Assembly: GCA_030295235.1 (NCBI GenBank)
Contig: AP026133.1
Coordinates: 372,001-436,000 of the forward strand
Direction: 5' to 3'
DNA from: Fistulifera solaris
Taxonomy: Eukaryota
Length of the DNA stretch: 64,000 bases
A program made the translations under genes and the position numbers. A model generated the notes under the pieces. That model worked only from the letters and a program-made list of their open reading frames with translations, was not told where the DNA came from and made no database searches. Shown piece by piece: positions 24,323 through 37,025 of this stretch. Position 1 is the first letter of the stretch; every line of letters begins with the position of its first letter.

Positions 24323-24980
24323 TTAGGGAAGGAGGGGAACGCCCAATTGTTCATGGACCATGAGGGCGAGGATACCCATTTGAGCGGCACGGCCGTTGTT
24401 CAATTCGATGGCGCGCTTCTTAAGCTTCTCCTCCCTCACTGTAAAAAAAGTAACGTTAGAGTCATATTTCAAACAACGAGCGAACGAAAACATTCAAACT
24501 ACTCTACCTGAAACTATCCCATCCGAAGTCAATGGCGTCGTTGCGGAAGTCACCAATGTGTTCACCAGTGCCGGTGATGTCCTTCATGACGGACGACTCA
24601 AGGACACCGATGAAGAAAAGGAGCTGAACAAGTCCACCGGCAGGGATGGCCTTGAAGGCAGCAAAACCGTTGGGGATATCAGTGAACTTAGTTCCCGAAA
24701 GGTCAATGCTGCCTGGAAGGCGGACACCGGCCTCCTGGACAAGGTATCCGACAACGGCAAGCATGGAGATACGGCCGTGCTTCAATTCAACGAATCGGAG
24801 GCGGTCGAACTTCTCTTGGTCGCCATCGGTGACAAGGCCGAGGGGATCGAAAAATCCAAGCGGCGGTTGGGCACCGAGCTCATCCTCGAAGGCGCGAAGA
24901 GCAGTGCTCTGGGCAGTCTTCTGGGCCGGGGCGAAAGCAGCGGCGGAGGCGATAAGGGAGGCAAGAATAGCGGTCTTCAT
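24323..24980 (-). CDS. lhcf: Fucoxanthin-chlorophyll a/c binding light-harvesting protein, Lhcf type
   Basis: ASAAAFAP plastid leader; ELGAQPPLGFFDPLG, RFVELKHGRISMLAVVG, KRAIELNNGRAAQMG. One intron at about 24439-24507; an extra G near 24433. Confidence 0.97.
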
Positions 24981-25278
24981 GTTGAAATTATTGACGGGCG
25001 TGTATTTTGTGAACCTGACATGGAAGGCGGAAAAGATCTTGAAGAATTTGTTCACGTACGTGGTGGTACGAAATCCTCTCTTTGTACCATTTCTTCCAGA
25101 GTACAAGTTGAAGGTCGGTCCAGCAATCGGTGTGCCGGTTGAAGCTGCAAAGATACCGGGTGTACCGTGCCCAACGCAAACAGCGCGGATGATGATGATT
25201 CTTCATTCAATTGTCTAATCAAGAATGTCACTCCGCGTCTAACGACTGGTGCCGGCCCCGTGTAGGTGATTTCTAACG

Positions 25279-25305
25279 AGTACCGGTACTTGTACCGTAC
25301 CAGGT
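25279..25305. promoter_or_regulatory. GTAC concatemer upstream of lhcf
   Basis: AGTACCGGTACT TGTACC GTACCAGGT. Confidence 0.45.
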
Positions 25306-25383
25306 CTCCCTACTCACAAATAATAACTATTTTCAAACGTGCACCAACTATGATTGGCTCTCTCTCTAGGCACTCCGTGTTTA

Positions 25384-27242
25384 TTAAAATGTACCAGCCT
25401 GACGAGTCCACCACATGTTGGCGTCGTTCGGTGTCTTGAGCCACTGAATAGAAATATCCGCATCGTGGGAAATGGCATCCATACTTTGTAGCTTTCGAAA
25501 GGAAGTGTACGCCAGCTCAAAGCTGGGGAAGCGCACTTCACAACTTCCAACCACTGCTCGATTATTTTGTCCAGCATCGAGACACAATAGCAAACTGGGA
25601 TGAAATTCGTTGTTCAGCATATATTCGGCGTCCATAGTCGTAAAACCTTCCGGCATATTTTCGAGATATAGACGACTCATGTCGCTGGCTCGAATGGAAC
25701 GCACAGGATGCCTGCGTACTATCATTCCAAACACTCGAAGTGAATCGACCAAAGCTTTCTGACTGCCGTTCTCATTCACAAATGTCATTTTTGCGTACAC
25801 GGGAGATCGGGGACGTCGCCAGTTGCGGAAGCTGCCTTTGTTGCTCTCCAGTTGTTTCTTTCGAAGTTCCTGAGTTTTAGCGGCACTGAGAGGACCAGGG
25901 TCTAAGTCGGGTCTTTGATTGTATATTTGGATTTCATCGACAGAACCACAGCGCGAGTAGAGTTCGTGTAGCTCATCCTCGGTGATATCGATGGGCAAGT
26001 TGTCGAGAAACACGGTCCGTCGTGCCACTTCCGATAAGTCACCGAACAGCATTGATGTGTCTTTTTCCAACACGACTGCTTCAAACGTAGCGTGGCGGGG
26101 TTTGCGAAAACGACGATCAACTTTGGTGGTGCTGGATAGTAAATCAGGAGTTGTTGTAGGCATTTTTATTTCTCTTGTCACAACCAGCGCTTCTTCCTCA
26201 TCGTCATCTAAAGGTGTGGAATTGCTTAATAAGGCCTCCGGATGACTTGCTACGGAATCGAGTAACTCGTCCTGTAACGACATGAGCGAATCGACAAACT
26301 CCAATTTGAATGCGTCCCAAATCTCTTGAGATTTCTTGATCACTTCGTCTCGATCGACGACATTATAATTAAGTCCATCATTCAAATAAAAGAAATCAGC
26401 CACTTCGGCAGCAATGATGTGATAATGCGTCGGTGCTCGTCGTTCAATACTTCTTCCCACCGTTTTCAGTGCCGACGGTGCGTCTCCCACGAAGTCGGCA
26501 AAGAGACTGACCACAGCTTGATACAATCGCGGGGGTAATTGATCTCCCAAATACTTGACGAGTCGCTGTGCCTCGCGTTTCTTCTGGGATTCTGTTTTCG
26601 GTGTGTGTCTGTCCTGTCGTGCTTGCACCAACTTTTGATGATTCCCTCGCGACAAGCCGGAAATTTCTTTCGCATCCGTCAAGTTCCAAGTCAATTTAAA
26701 GGCACGTTCGCGTGCTTTCATAAAAATTTCCACATCCTCTGCACTGACACTTTTTTGAGAAGTACTCCGATCGACCGTCATGTCACCGAACAGCATAAAT
26801 TGCACCATCGCTCGTCGTAAATGAGCCAATCTCGACGAATCGTCTTGCAGTATTTTTTGAAATTCGACAACGAGCGGTTCCTTGGTCGTCGAACGCAATC
26901 GTTCCAATTCACCCTGTATTTTTGGAATGGGAAACCGTGCGGCTAATTTTTGAAACATGGCTTCCAACGATCGTCGATTCTTCTTTCAATCATCCAGGAT
27001 CCTTTCTTTTGTTCAAGCAATTGCGCCACCTTTGCTTTATTCTTTCGTTGCTGCTGTTTTCTTCGCTGCTTTAACCGCGCCGATCGTTTGATGGCATTTT
27101 TGGTACCCTTGTGCTCGACTTCGTCCGATAAAATCTCGGCGGAAAAGAATCGAGGAGATAGGACCACAGACCGCGGACGCACCAGATTTCTGGTTACTAA
27201 GGGAGTGCATTTGGTGCCTAGTATTCGGAAACAACGATTCAT
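25384..27242 (-). CDS. RRM-domain RNA-binding protein, probably mitochondrial
   Basis: RTVFLDNLPIDITEDELHELYSRCGSVDEI (RNP2-like) plus a degenerate second RRM (RLYLENMP); presequence ending RFFS; frameshift near 26950. Confidence 0.75.
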
Positions 27243-27620
27243 GTTAATTAATTCAAAAGAGAAATACCATTGTCTTATGTCTTGCGATTTGTGATCGATG
27301 AAAATGTTCGTGGTGGGCAGTTTTATTTATTTTTGGTGGTGATGACGGAACGTGAAACAACATCAAACAGGAGTTATTTATTTGTTCTATTATTATTTAT
27401 ACTGGAATACCGGTACTGTACAAATGTACAATCTCAAATCTCAAATAAATAATTGTCGCCTGTCCGTGCTCCGTACGTTCACTTTTTCGTGGCCCAAATT
27501 ATTTTTGACAGCGGCAATACTGGTATTGCAACGCAATAAGAGAACCCCTGGTTATTTTACCTTTCTTTTGATATCGGCAAAGGTTTGCAAAGATTATTAT
27601 TTTTCTCTTTACCTATCAGT

Positions 27621-28548
27621 ATGCTTTCGAATTACTTCTTACGGCACGTGTCGGCATGCTGCCGTGTCACCACACAGCACATGCTTTATCATTCGCGTGC
27701 GCATCCCAAACCAATTCCGGAATTCGCCGTTACAGATGCCCTTTCTTCGTTATTAAAGGATGTGAACGCACGAAAACGTCTGCGTTCACGACGATTGAAA
27801 CGTCGAGGAGTCGAAACAGCGCCAGATCATCCCGACGAGACGATTGAATTGGCCGTCAATTTGAATTTAGATCCCCGCAAACCGGGTCAAGCGCTCCGCG
27901 GTAGTATTTCTCTGCCCAACGGCACGGGAAAGAAACAAATGGATTGCTTGGTGTTTACGTCCGATCCAGCAATTCAAGAAGCGGCTTTGCAGGCGGGTGC
28001 GAAATATGCCGGAGGAGAAAGCTTGGCCGACGAGATTGTCGCGGGACGGGTCGCGGTCGACACCATTCAACGTTCCTTGGCGACGGCCGAGATTGTGCCA
28101 GTAATTTCCAAAAAAGTAGCACGATTACTAGGACCCCGGGGTCTTATGCCCAACGCGAAAGAAGGTACCTTGTTACAGGGAAGTGCCGAGTTGTTGGAAG
28201 CCCTCGAAACGCAATTGGCGGGCAAACAGGTACCGTATCGGACCGAAAAAGAAGGCATTGTACATGTCCCCGTCGGCAGGGGTTCGTTTGGAAAAACCAA
28301 ATTATTGGAGAATATCGGTCAAGTCATGAAAACCATCTTTGACGTGAAACCGGAGAATTATGGCAAAGGAAAGAAAAAAGAAAACGACGGGCAAAGGAAC
28401 CAAATATTTGTTGCGTGCCAGTGTTTCGAGTACACAAGGGAAAGGGGTGCGTCTCGATTTACGTACCGTTGACCCCAATAGCACCTTCTTTCTCACTTCT
28501 CCGGAAGAAGTAGCGAAAGCAGCCTTGGCGTCGGAGACACATGCATGA
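27621..28548 (+). CDS. rplA: Ribosomal protein uL1, mitochondrial type
   Basis: DETIELAVNLNLDPRK, LRGSISLPNGTGK, ARLLGPRGLMPNAKEGT, HVPVGRGSF, VSSTQGKG; frameshift in the A-run near 28378. Confidence 0.93.
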
Positions 28549-28727
28549 AGGGAAAATTGATTTTAAGAGAGAAAGTAATGATAGAACGATTGCGTAAACT
28601 TTTACGAAATAAGTTAGTCAGTTAAATAAAAGTTCCAAACAAAAACTGTGAAAGAATGATGATGTAACAAATCCATTTCTTGGCTGCTGTATTACTTGTA
28701 CAAAGGTCTCTCTACTATTGGATTGGT

Positions 28728-29879
28728 TTATTCCACCGTAGCAGTGCTGTGCGAACTCATAAACTTCTGGACCAGACTCTCGGAGAAATTCCACAAATCT
28801 TCCTGCAGACGATCGTCTAGGGCCAACTCATTGATGACTTCTTTTGATTGTGGGTGAAAATACTTTCCACGAATGTTTTCGGATGCCAGTCGATCTTCCG
28901 CTACACCCAAAAAGAGTCCCGTCAATGCTCCTTCCTCGGTACTCCACAATACAGATTGCATCTTGTCAAAAACTGTCAACATAAAGGGTGCTTCCGAAAA
29001 ACTTTGTCGACCAAGGCTGTTCGAACGAGACCCGGATGAAAGGCATTGACGTAGATGTTGGAGTCGGGTCCTAAACGCTTCGTTAGGGCTTTCGACCAAA
29101 CAATTTGTGCCAACTTGGACTGTCCGTAGGAAAGATTTTCGACGCCTTTCATGAAGGGTTCTTTACAGCCATTCAACGTTTCTAGATCGGTAGCAATGCG
29201 GTACGAATAGGTACTAAAGCTGGAACCGGACGACGTCGAAACGACTCGCGCCATGTTGGATCGTTTCAGCATCGGTTCAAGTAGTTTGTATAGAAAATGG
29301 TGCGAAAGATAGTTGACTTGAAACATTTCCTCCATACCGTCTGATGTGATCGGAATACAGTCTTTCGGTCCGTTTTCTTTGGGAATATAGTTGTATCCGG
29401 CATTTAGAAATAGCATATCCAATGCTTTCCCACCCTGGTGAAGCATGTATTCGTGTGCTGACTCTCGTACGGATGCCAACGAGGTCATGTCCATAATAGT
29501 CGTCATCACTGGACCTTTGGGATTCTCCTTTTGAATCAAAGCGGCGGCTTCGGCACATTTCGTGACTGACCGACACGCCAGGGTCACTTCGGCCCCCAAT
29601 TTCGCCAATTGACGAGCAACTTCGTAACCAATTCCGGAATTTGCACCCGTTACCAAAGCCCTCTGTCCCGAAAGATTCTGCTCGGTAAGATCCTCAAACG
29701 TAAAACCCCACGGTTCTTCCGAAAATGCCGGCGACAACCCTTCGAGTAGGGGGAGCACATTGTTTGATAAATCGATACACTCCGATTTGACGCGGAATTT
29801 CCGTAAAGAGAATCAAATGCACAACAATCGCCAGGAAAACCGCGAGGTAGGCACCAAACTTCATCAAACAATTCAACAT
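28728..29879 (-). CDS. Short-chain dehydrogenase/reductase (retinol dehydrogenase/WWOX-like) with N-terminal membrane anchor
   Basis: TGANSGIG, LNAG, VNYLSH, YGQSKLA (YxxxK), HPGLVRT; frameshifts near 29755 and 28995. Confidence 0.9.
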
Positions 29880-30131
29880 GGTAGACGGGAGATGAATAAA
29901 AATGATTGATTGACTTGCTTTGTGAAGGTTCTTGTATTGTTCTAGCTAGCTGGAGTGATAGAATACAAATAAGCAATGCAACGACGATGCGAGCGTCGAC
30001 TTCCTTCTTGTTCCAGTCGTCGAAGATCCGTTGCGGTCATTCTCAAGTGCACTATCACGTATACTGGCAATGTCCAGGGGTTTCTGACTCAACTTACTTC
30101 AGTCCCGGAAATCGTCAACTTCATTTTTGTT

Positions 30132-30160
30132 GTACCAGGTACAGGTACAAGTACCTGGTA
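30132..30160. promoter_or_regulatory. GTAC inverted repeat upstream of the SDR gene
   Basis: TACCAGGTAC-8 nt-GTACCTGGTA. Confidence 0.5.
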
Positions 30161-30515
30161 GTTGTCTAGCCACTCTCTTCTTTCGTCATTTGCGGGAAAG
30201 CTTGCTGCCAACAGAGTTGATTTTCCGGCAAAGTTGACAGCTATTCTCTGCCCTTAATGCTTTGCCGTCATTTATCGACTGAAGAAATCGATACCAGAAT
30301 GCAAACACCCGTGTTGATGGATGGATGGATGAAGTAGTGGGAGGGAAAGCAATACTGTACGTGTTTGCGGCGTCATTGTCGACAAGATCATCAAGCAAAA
30401 TACATTCGACATGGTTCTACGGAGATTCAGTTGCTGCACCGTGTATTGTCATTACAAGTATAGTTTTCTTGTTTATTTTTAATTCATTACTTCCTCTTCT
30501 ACTGTATTATTAAAG

Positions 30516-31372
30516 CTACAAATCAACGTACGAACTCGTCTCCTCAACGGGAAGGCACGTCTTCATGTTACGCCACCAACTTTGTTGAAAGCAAGCGTGC
30601 GGTCCATTTCCATGCAAACACCGAGATACCGTGCGTACATCACGGGCTTGCTCCAATTGTAGAATCAAGTCCGGTAATCGTTCAAAAATGGCCGTCGCTT
30701 CAGTATCGGCATTCCCTTCGTAGGAGGGAACATAGACCGCATTCCCGTAATTGCGCACACATTGCTGCGGAGTGTTTTCAATGATGATGGTTCGTTCTCG
30801 TGTAAATACACTGGATGACTGCTTCTTGTGTTTCTTCCATACCTTGGCCAAGTCTTTGGTCTCACGGCAGGGACAGGCAAAATGGCACCGTCCTGACACG
30901 TGCATCGCTCACACGTGTGACGATAGGACTCGCACCAGCAACACAACGACACTTCTCCGTGCACATGCATGGGAATCCGTGCCCGTGTCACCATTTGATC
31001 GGCGGTCCACACAAACGCAAAGAGTTTCCGACAATCGAGTCCTTGACAGTCGTGTTGCGGATCGAGGGCGGAACAGATTTTCCAAGTGACGTAATGAGCC
31101 CAGCTGGCGTGTGCGGCGGTCCAAACGGCCACGACATGATTCCGTGCTTGACACCAGCGTAAAAAGTCCAAGACTGCCGGTCGTAAAAAGGTTTCCGATG
31201 CGGATTTTTCACTGCTGCTGCTGTTGCTGCTTTCGGCCACGAGTGTTCCGTCTAGGTCAAAAATAATGCCCAGTCGTCGGTCTGATGGTAGGCATTCTTC
31301 TTGCGCATATTCCTCCGAGGATGAGTCTAAAGAAGCTCTCACCGAAGAAGGACTGAGAGCACGCGGGGGCAT
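30516..31372 (-). CDS. NLI-interacting factor (FCP1/SCP-like) HAD phosphatase with Cys-rich insert
   Basis: IIFDLDGTLV (DxDxT), LRPAV, VWTAA, TKDLAKVW, IIIENTP..NYGNAV; frameshift near 30900. Confidence 0.85.
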
Positions 31373-32176
31373 ATTGAAGGAATAATGATGTGACGTTGAA
31401 TATTGCTAATACGAAAGAATCGAAGGCCTTGGTGGCTGTCGTGCATTATGAGCGGGAAGGAAAGGAGGCTAGATGATTCGTGAAGATAAGAGTTGAAAAC
31501 TGGTCTCGAAAACGGGTCAACAATAATTTTTTTTATGACGAAAACGGAACGATCGATCGTTTTCGAGCGTGTCTGCGGTATGCGGTAGTGCGGACGATTG
31601 GCTTTCGTTCGCCAACGTGGTCTTTTCTCGCGCCTGCGCTTGCGGAGCATCCGCTTATTGAAGCAATCCGAACACCCTTGAGTGTCCCATCGAGTGTATT
31701 AAAAAGTTACTATGGTCCTATACTGTTGCCGGTTTTCGCCACGACTGATTTTAGTCACGAGCCCCGGTCTTTGCTATGCATGTTTTCATGCTTCAATCAA
31801 CGACCTCTTGATGCTCTTGCCGGGTTTCTACTCATTCCTATATTCTAACCCCAAATCAGGAAAGATATTCGACCATTCAGCCACCATCGAATGTATGACT
31901 GCATTCGAAAGAAATGGAGATAGATAGGTAGGCAGACAATTTTACAACAACATAGCGACCGCCATTTCCAGTAGTTGATTTACAAGTACAATCTGATGTC
32001 TTCTTAGTTGATAACACAACCCAAACAGCCTGGAAAATAAGTCTCAACAATGTAGGAAAGCTTTTCTTTACTGTTTATGTAAGAAACCAATTCGATCTTG
32101 GATCTTTCGTCTCAAAAATTGTTATTGCCTTCACTTTACCCACGATTTTCACGACTGCAATCAGTCATGAACCAAT

Positions 32177-33290
32177 TCACCTTGCGTCCACAAAATCTGT
32201 ATCGTGCACATTCCCCGCGACGCTGGAATCACCGATTCGCATAACTAGCTTTCCTTGCACATGTCCCGAATGAAGTCTTTCCAAAATCCCATTCGGCACG
32301 GTCGCCTTGGTCCAATCGGCATCGATTTCATCGAGGCACGGGGAGAGAGGCGCGCAAATTCGTCCCGTAGACATCCAATTTAGTATTTGTGCCATCATTT
32401 TACTGGGTTGCGAATGCGAAAATTGCGTCCGGAAGCAGCTAAATACGGTTTCCGTGTACACCGTGACCGACTTGAAAAAGACGAAATCAAGGTTCAGTGA
32501 GCGAATCGAAGGTCCCGCCACTACTAGACAAATACTTCCATAAGGACGAATTACTTCAGACATGGCATTCATAAGTGTTGGTGTCGGTTCCGTCAAGCAC
32601 AAAATCGCGTCGACACTACCATGGGGTCCTCCCGGCAATTCTTGCAGAACATGAGGGATACACCGCGAGGCCCCATTGGCAAGACACCAGTCACGGGATG
32701 TATCGGAGGTACAAATAATTTCTAAATTCGGATGCCACGCTCGGGCGATGCGTGTCGCCCAACTCCCGACTCCCCCCGCACCTCCCACAATCAATAGAGT
32801 CTGCACGGATGTAGTACTCTCGGTCAGTAGTCCCAGTTTCCGCAAAGATTCGTATGCTGTACAACCCGCCAAGGGGATGCTGGCGGCTTCCTTCAAGGTA
32901 ATCTGTGGGGGTACCAGGGCCGCTGCCCGACGATCCACTCGACAATATTGAGCGTACGATCCACTCTTCTTCGTAGGATCCAGGAGGAAACAAACGGACG
33001 CACCGACGGGGAAGGCGACTTCGTCCGACGTTTCTTGGACGATTCCACTACCCGAAAATCCGCTCACAAAGGGAAAGTCTGTGGTGCGAGAGTGCAGTTT
33101 TGTAAATCGACCGGATTCAAATCGGACCAGGCGACTTGGACCAACAAAAGTCGGGTGGATCGGTTGGTATATCGACGGTTTGCAGTGAAACGGTTTGTCG
33201 AAACTCTCCCGCTTCGGTGGCCGCTAAAGCTAGCATTGGGATTCAATGTTGTTGGTGAGGTGTTTTTTTTCACTATTGACAAAAGATTCG
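32177..33290 (-). CDS. Medium-chain dehydrogenase/reductase (quinone oxidoreductase-like); start uncertain
   Basis: DLNPVD, GFSGSGIV, GSYAQY, EAASIPLAGCTAYESL, IVGGAGGVGS, GHVQGKLV; frameshift near 33100. Confidence 0.85.
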
Positions 33291-33873
33291 GTGCTAACTT
33301 TGATAATGACTAAGTTTCTCTGCAACAATCTATTTTGTTTTCTGCGAAAGAACATGGGGCGTATTTTATTTGTGTATTACTCCGTACTTTTCAGCACTAC
33401 CAGTATCCATATTGTAGTCGGCATCTTAACATTCACGATAGTCTCAACGACATCCACGACTGGAATTCAGTCATGAGCAAAAGGCCAACAAATATCAAGC
33501 AAGTGGTAACACAAAATGTAAATTCAAATAATGTAAATGGCAACGTCTTTGTCAACAAACAATCTCATTCGAAAAGGAAGCCCCGACACGGAGTGGTAAA
33601 CGTGTTTTCTTGTTGTTTATTCCACACTTGAACTTACAGTGTCGGCAACTCGACACTACTGATTATCGTAGTCTTGTCTCCATCCCGCTGCGACTACTCG
33701 GACGATGGACTGGCTTGGCGGCAGAAAAGAGAAACGAGAAATAAACGAGCAGCGAAAAACAAAAACCTGCGGAGTGAAATTTTGTTTTTGGTTATTGTGA
33801 CCGTATTGTCTTCCTTCTTTCCTCATCCTAATTCAATACTTATTAACATCAACCCTTCCTCCCAACAAAACAA

Positions 33874-34833
33874 ATGCCCGTCGACGTCGATGCCTGTATA
33901 GAAACACTAAAATCGGGAGAAATCATTTCGGAGAATTCGCTCAAACTCCTTTGTCAGTATGTGTCTGAACTCCTCATGGAAGAATCCAACGTACAACCGG
34001 TGTTGTCACCGGTCACGATTGTCGGTGATTTGCACGGACAAGTCTTTGATTTACTGAATCTACTCAATCTCGGTGGCTGGCCTCCGCACACGAGTTACAT
34101 CTTTTTGGGCGATTTTGTCGATCGAGGTCACAACAGCGTCGAGACGCTCAGTTTGTTGTTGTGTTTGAAAATGAAATATCCTGGTCATGTTACTTTATTA
34201 CGAGGAAATCACGAAAGTCGACAAATTACACAAGTGTACGGATTCTATGACGAATGTTTGCGGAAATATGGAAACGCAAGTCCCTGGAGACATTGTGTGC
34301 AGTGTTTTGATTCGTTTGGATTGGCGGCCCTGGTCGATGAACAAGTCTTGTGTGTGCACGGGGGACTCTCTCCCGATGTTCGGACGCTCGATCAAGTTCG
34401 AGCGATTGATCGCAATCAGGAAATACCGCATGAAGGAGCCTTTTGCGATTTGGTGTGGAGTGATCCGGAAGATATTTCGGGGGCGTGGCAAATGTCGCCG
34501 CGGGGTGCGGGGTACTTGTTTGGAAAACGAGTCACGGACGAGTTTCATGAAGTGAATAACTTGCAACTGATAGCACGAGCACATCAACTGGTCATGGAAG
34601 GACGCAAGTATCATTTCGATGACCGTTTGGTGACGGTGTGGAGTGCGCCCAACTATTGTTATCGGTGTGGGAATGTGGCGGCCGTCATGGAAGTGGGAGG
34701 GCCAGCCGGAGAGGACTGTGAAGGCTTTGCGGGAAGTATTCCGCAGCGCTTTCGATTTTTTCGGGAAACGGAAATGTCTGTGCATGGGCCCAAGGGAGAA
34801 GATAGAGCTCAGTTGGTGCCATATTTCTTGTAG
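33874..34833 (+). CDS. PPP6C: Ser/Thr protein phosphatase PP6/Sit4 catalytic subunit
   Basis: [50 protein letters not shown], terminal PYFL. Confidence 0.92.
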   Translation: MPVDVDACIETLKSGEIISENSLKLLCQYVSELLMEESNVQPVLSPVTIVGDLHGQVFDLLNLLNLGGWPPHTSYIFLGDFVDRGHNSVETLSLLLCLKMKYPGHVTLLRGNHESRQITQVYGFYDECLRKYGNASPWRHCVQCFDSFGLAALVDEQVLCVHGGLSPDVRTLDQVRAIDRNQEIPHEGAFCDLVWSDPEDISGAWQMSPRGAGYLFGKRVTDEFHEVNNLQLIARAHQLVMEGRKYHFDDRLVTVWSAPNYCYRCGNVAAVMEVGGPAGEDCEGFAGSIPQRFRFFRETEMSVHGPKGEDRAQLVPYFL

Positions 34834-34959
34834 TTTTTGATACGAGATGTAAACGAAATTCTTGTTCATTTGTTTTTTTTAATCCTACAGTTAGTGTAGA
34901 CTAGCCGACTCAGTTATTTGAGTCGTTTATAACCCCCGTTTGGTGTTCAGCCTCCTCCT

Positions 34960-35799
34960 TCATACAGCATGAAGGGGTTCATAGCTCGGTATGGTACCTT
35001 CCCCTCCACAATCGACGCACGGTAATATTCTTCCTCCTTTACAACGAAAACACAGTCGAACATCCATCAATGGACCCCCGTTGGCTTTTTTCAATGTCCT
35101 CTAGAGTCTCCCAACCCATCCTCCAAATCATTTTATTCTTAAGCTCTTCTACCGAAATCCAGAAATCCTCCTGCTCTCCACAACAATTCCGCATCCGAAC
35201 TTGCATCATATTCTTCTTCTTCTTGGGACTACCTTTCAATTCCACAACCTCATGATGTCGATGACCATTGTACACTTCGACCGAAGTCCATTGCGATCCG
35301 ACCAACCGATTCAGATGAATGAAATTACGAAGGCGATTCCCCGTCGCGCGAATCGCTCCCTTTCCTTCACAAACAGCACAACGGATGACGCCTCGGCCTT
35401 TTGTGCGGAATGCCAAAAAAAAAAGAAATGAGTTGCTTACTACCAACAAAAAATTCAATTTCCTCAATGTGTGGGGTCGTTTTATTTTTATTTTTTTCGA
35501 TCAATGCGCTTACCATGGCAACAAGTACACCGACGCGGAGGACGATTGATTCGGATTTTCCCGTATGGAGTATGCCAAACGGGCGGTGTGGGTTCCTGGA
35601 GGGCTTTTCGTTTTTCGCGTCGAATTTTCTTACCACGGATTCCCATAAAAAGAACGAATGTAGGGTTATGAGGAGGCAGTGATGATGTAACGAAAAAGGT
35701 GGCCTTTGACGTCGACAACCATGCTCCAGTGGGTTGCAACAGAAAGAAAAGAAGGATGACAAGCAATGGAGGCAGCGAAAGAAAGGAAATTGTGGGCAT
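34960..35799 (-). CDS. Plastid-targeted DnaJ-type zinc-finger protein with inserted Trp-rich TIGR02450/DUF2389-like domain
   Basis: Leader ending TGA-W; intron about 35398-35513; motifs CTCCHGRG, CAVCEGKG, then SQWTSV..HRHHEVV..FWISVEELKNKMIWRMGW, then CFRCKGGR and CVDCGGEG; one indel in the A-run near 35088. Confidence 0.75.
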
Positions 35800-36213
35800 T
35801 TTCTTCTCGCTGCCTCTTCCGATCAGAAAGAAATGTCGTTTTGGTAGGCTCTACGTTTGGAAAGAATGAATTGCAATAGGTGCATCATATATTTGCTTTT
35901 CTTCATCGCAGAACACTACTATGCAACGAAACATGCCGAAAACGCCGATGACGATGTTGGAAAAAGGTTGCCTTCTCTTTGTTATACAGTACCAGTAGTG
36001 GTAAGGCATTCATCAGGCGGCCAGACGACGGTTTCTTGCCGTCCAAGAAAAAGTTCGTCACAATACCAGTAACAAGAAACAATAAAAGTGTTTCATTCAT
36101 TATTTGTACATTTTGATGAATCTAAATGCAACAATCCTACTAGACAACTAGAAACAAGACCAATTTCATATACTAACGACACAACGAGACGAAACGAATC
36201 CGATTCGCCTATC

Positions 36214-37002
36214 ATGTTTGTGTTGAAGACCTTCCAGGACATGATCCGGATTCCTTCCTCACTCTTGTCGCTCTCGACGACTCGGGCCATACAGAATGAA
36301 ATTGATGAAAAGTATCCAAATCGAGTCATCATGGGAGCCGGCTTGGTCATAGGACGATACAGTGATACACTCTTAGAAGTAGGACACGGAATATGCGTCG
36401 ATGGAGGATCGCATCATCAATGTACCTTCCAAATGATTCTGTTTCAACCGTTTGTGGACGAAGTCTTGTTGGGGACCATTCGAAAATCCACACCCGAGGG
36501 CGTTTCGGTGTCATTGGGATTCTTTCAGGATATTTTCATTCCGGCGTATTGGATGTTGAATCCCAGTCGCTACGAAGAATCGACGGGATTATGGGTCTGG
36601 ACACCCAAGTTTGATGAAGGTGATGATGAAGACGACGAAGAACCGGAGATACGTCATGGAACCATCAAGACAGAAGAGGAGCCACAAGACGAGGAGCGCT
36701 ACGAAATGTACCTGGGAGCTCCGATTCGTTTCAAAGTCAAATCCATTCAATTCACGCAAATCACAAATACAGCAAAAGGAATGCAGGCAACACAGACCAA
36801 TCCACAAGAAGAGTACATGTCCAATGGACGACGACAACGGTCTTCGTCGGTGGGATTGCTCGATGAAACCAAAGCGCCGCCGGCCGCCATGCAGATTGTA
36901 GCATCGATCTGTGAAGATGGATTAGGTTTAACAAGTTGGTGGGAACAACAGCCGGAGGAAGATGAAAACGAGGATGATGAACATGTTGACTTTGAATTGT
37001 AA
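36214..37002 (+). CDS. RPC25: RNA polymerase III subunit RPC25/RPC8
   Basis: MFVL..QDMIRIP, EIDEKYPNRVI..GLVI, FQPFVDEVLLGTI, SLGFFQDIFIP, WVW, DGLGLTSWW. Confidence 0.9.
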   Translation: MFVLKTFQDMIRIPSSLLSLSTTRAIQNEIDEKYPNRVIMGAGLVIGRYSDTLLEVGHGICVDGGSHHQCTFQMILFQPFVDEVLLGTIRKSTPEGVSVSLGFFQDIFIPAYWMLNPSRYEESTGLWVWTPKFDEGDDEDDEEPEIRHGTIKTEEEPQDEERYEMYLGAPIRFKVKSIQFTQITNTAKGMQATQTNPQEEYMSNGRRQRSSSVGLLDETKAPPAAMQIVASICEDGLGLTSWWEQQPEEDENEDDEHVDFEL

Positions 37003-37025
37003 CTCAAGCTTGGCAATTTATGTTA

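Noticed and set aside
24396..25218. Long plus-strand ORFs opposite lhcf
   Set aside because: Antisense shadows of a codon-biased gene; no recognisable motifs.
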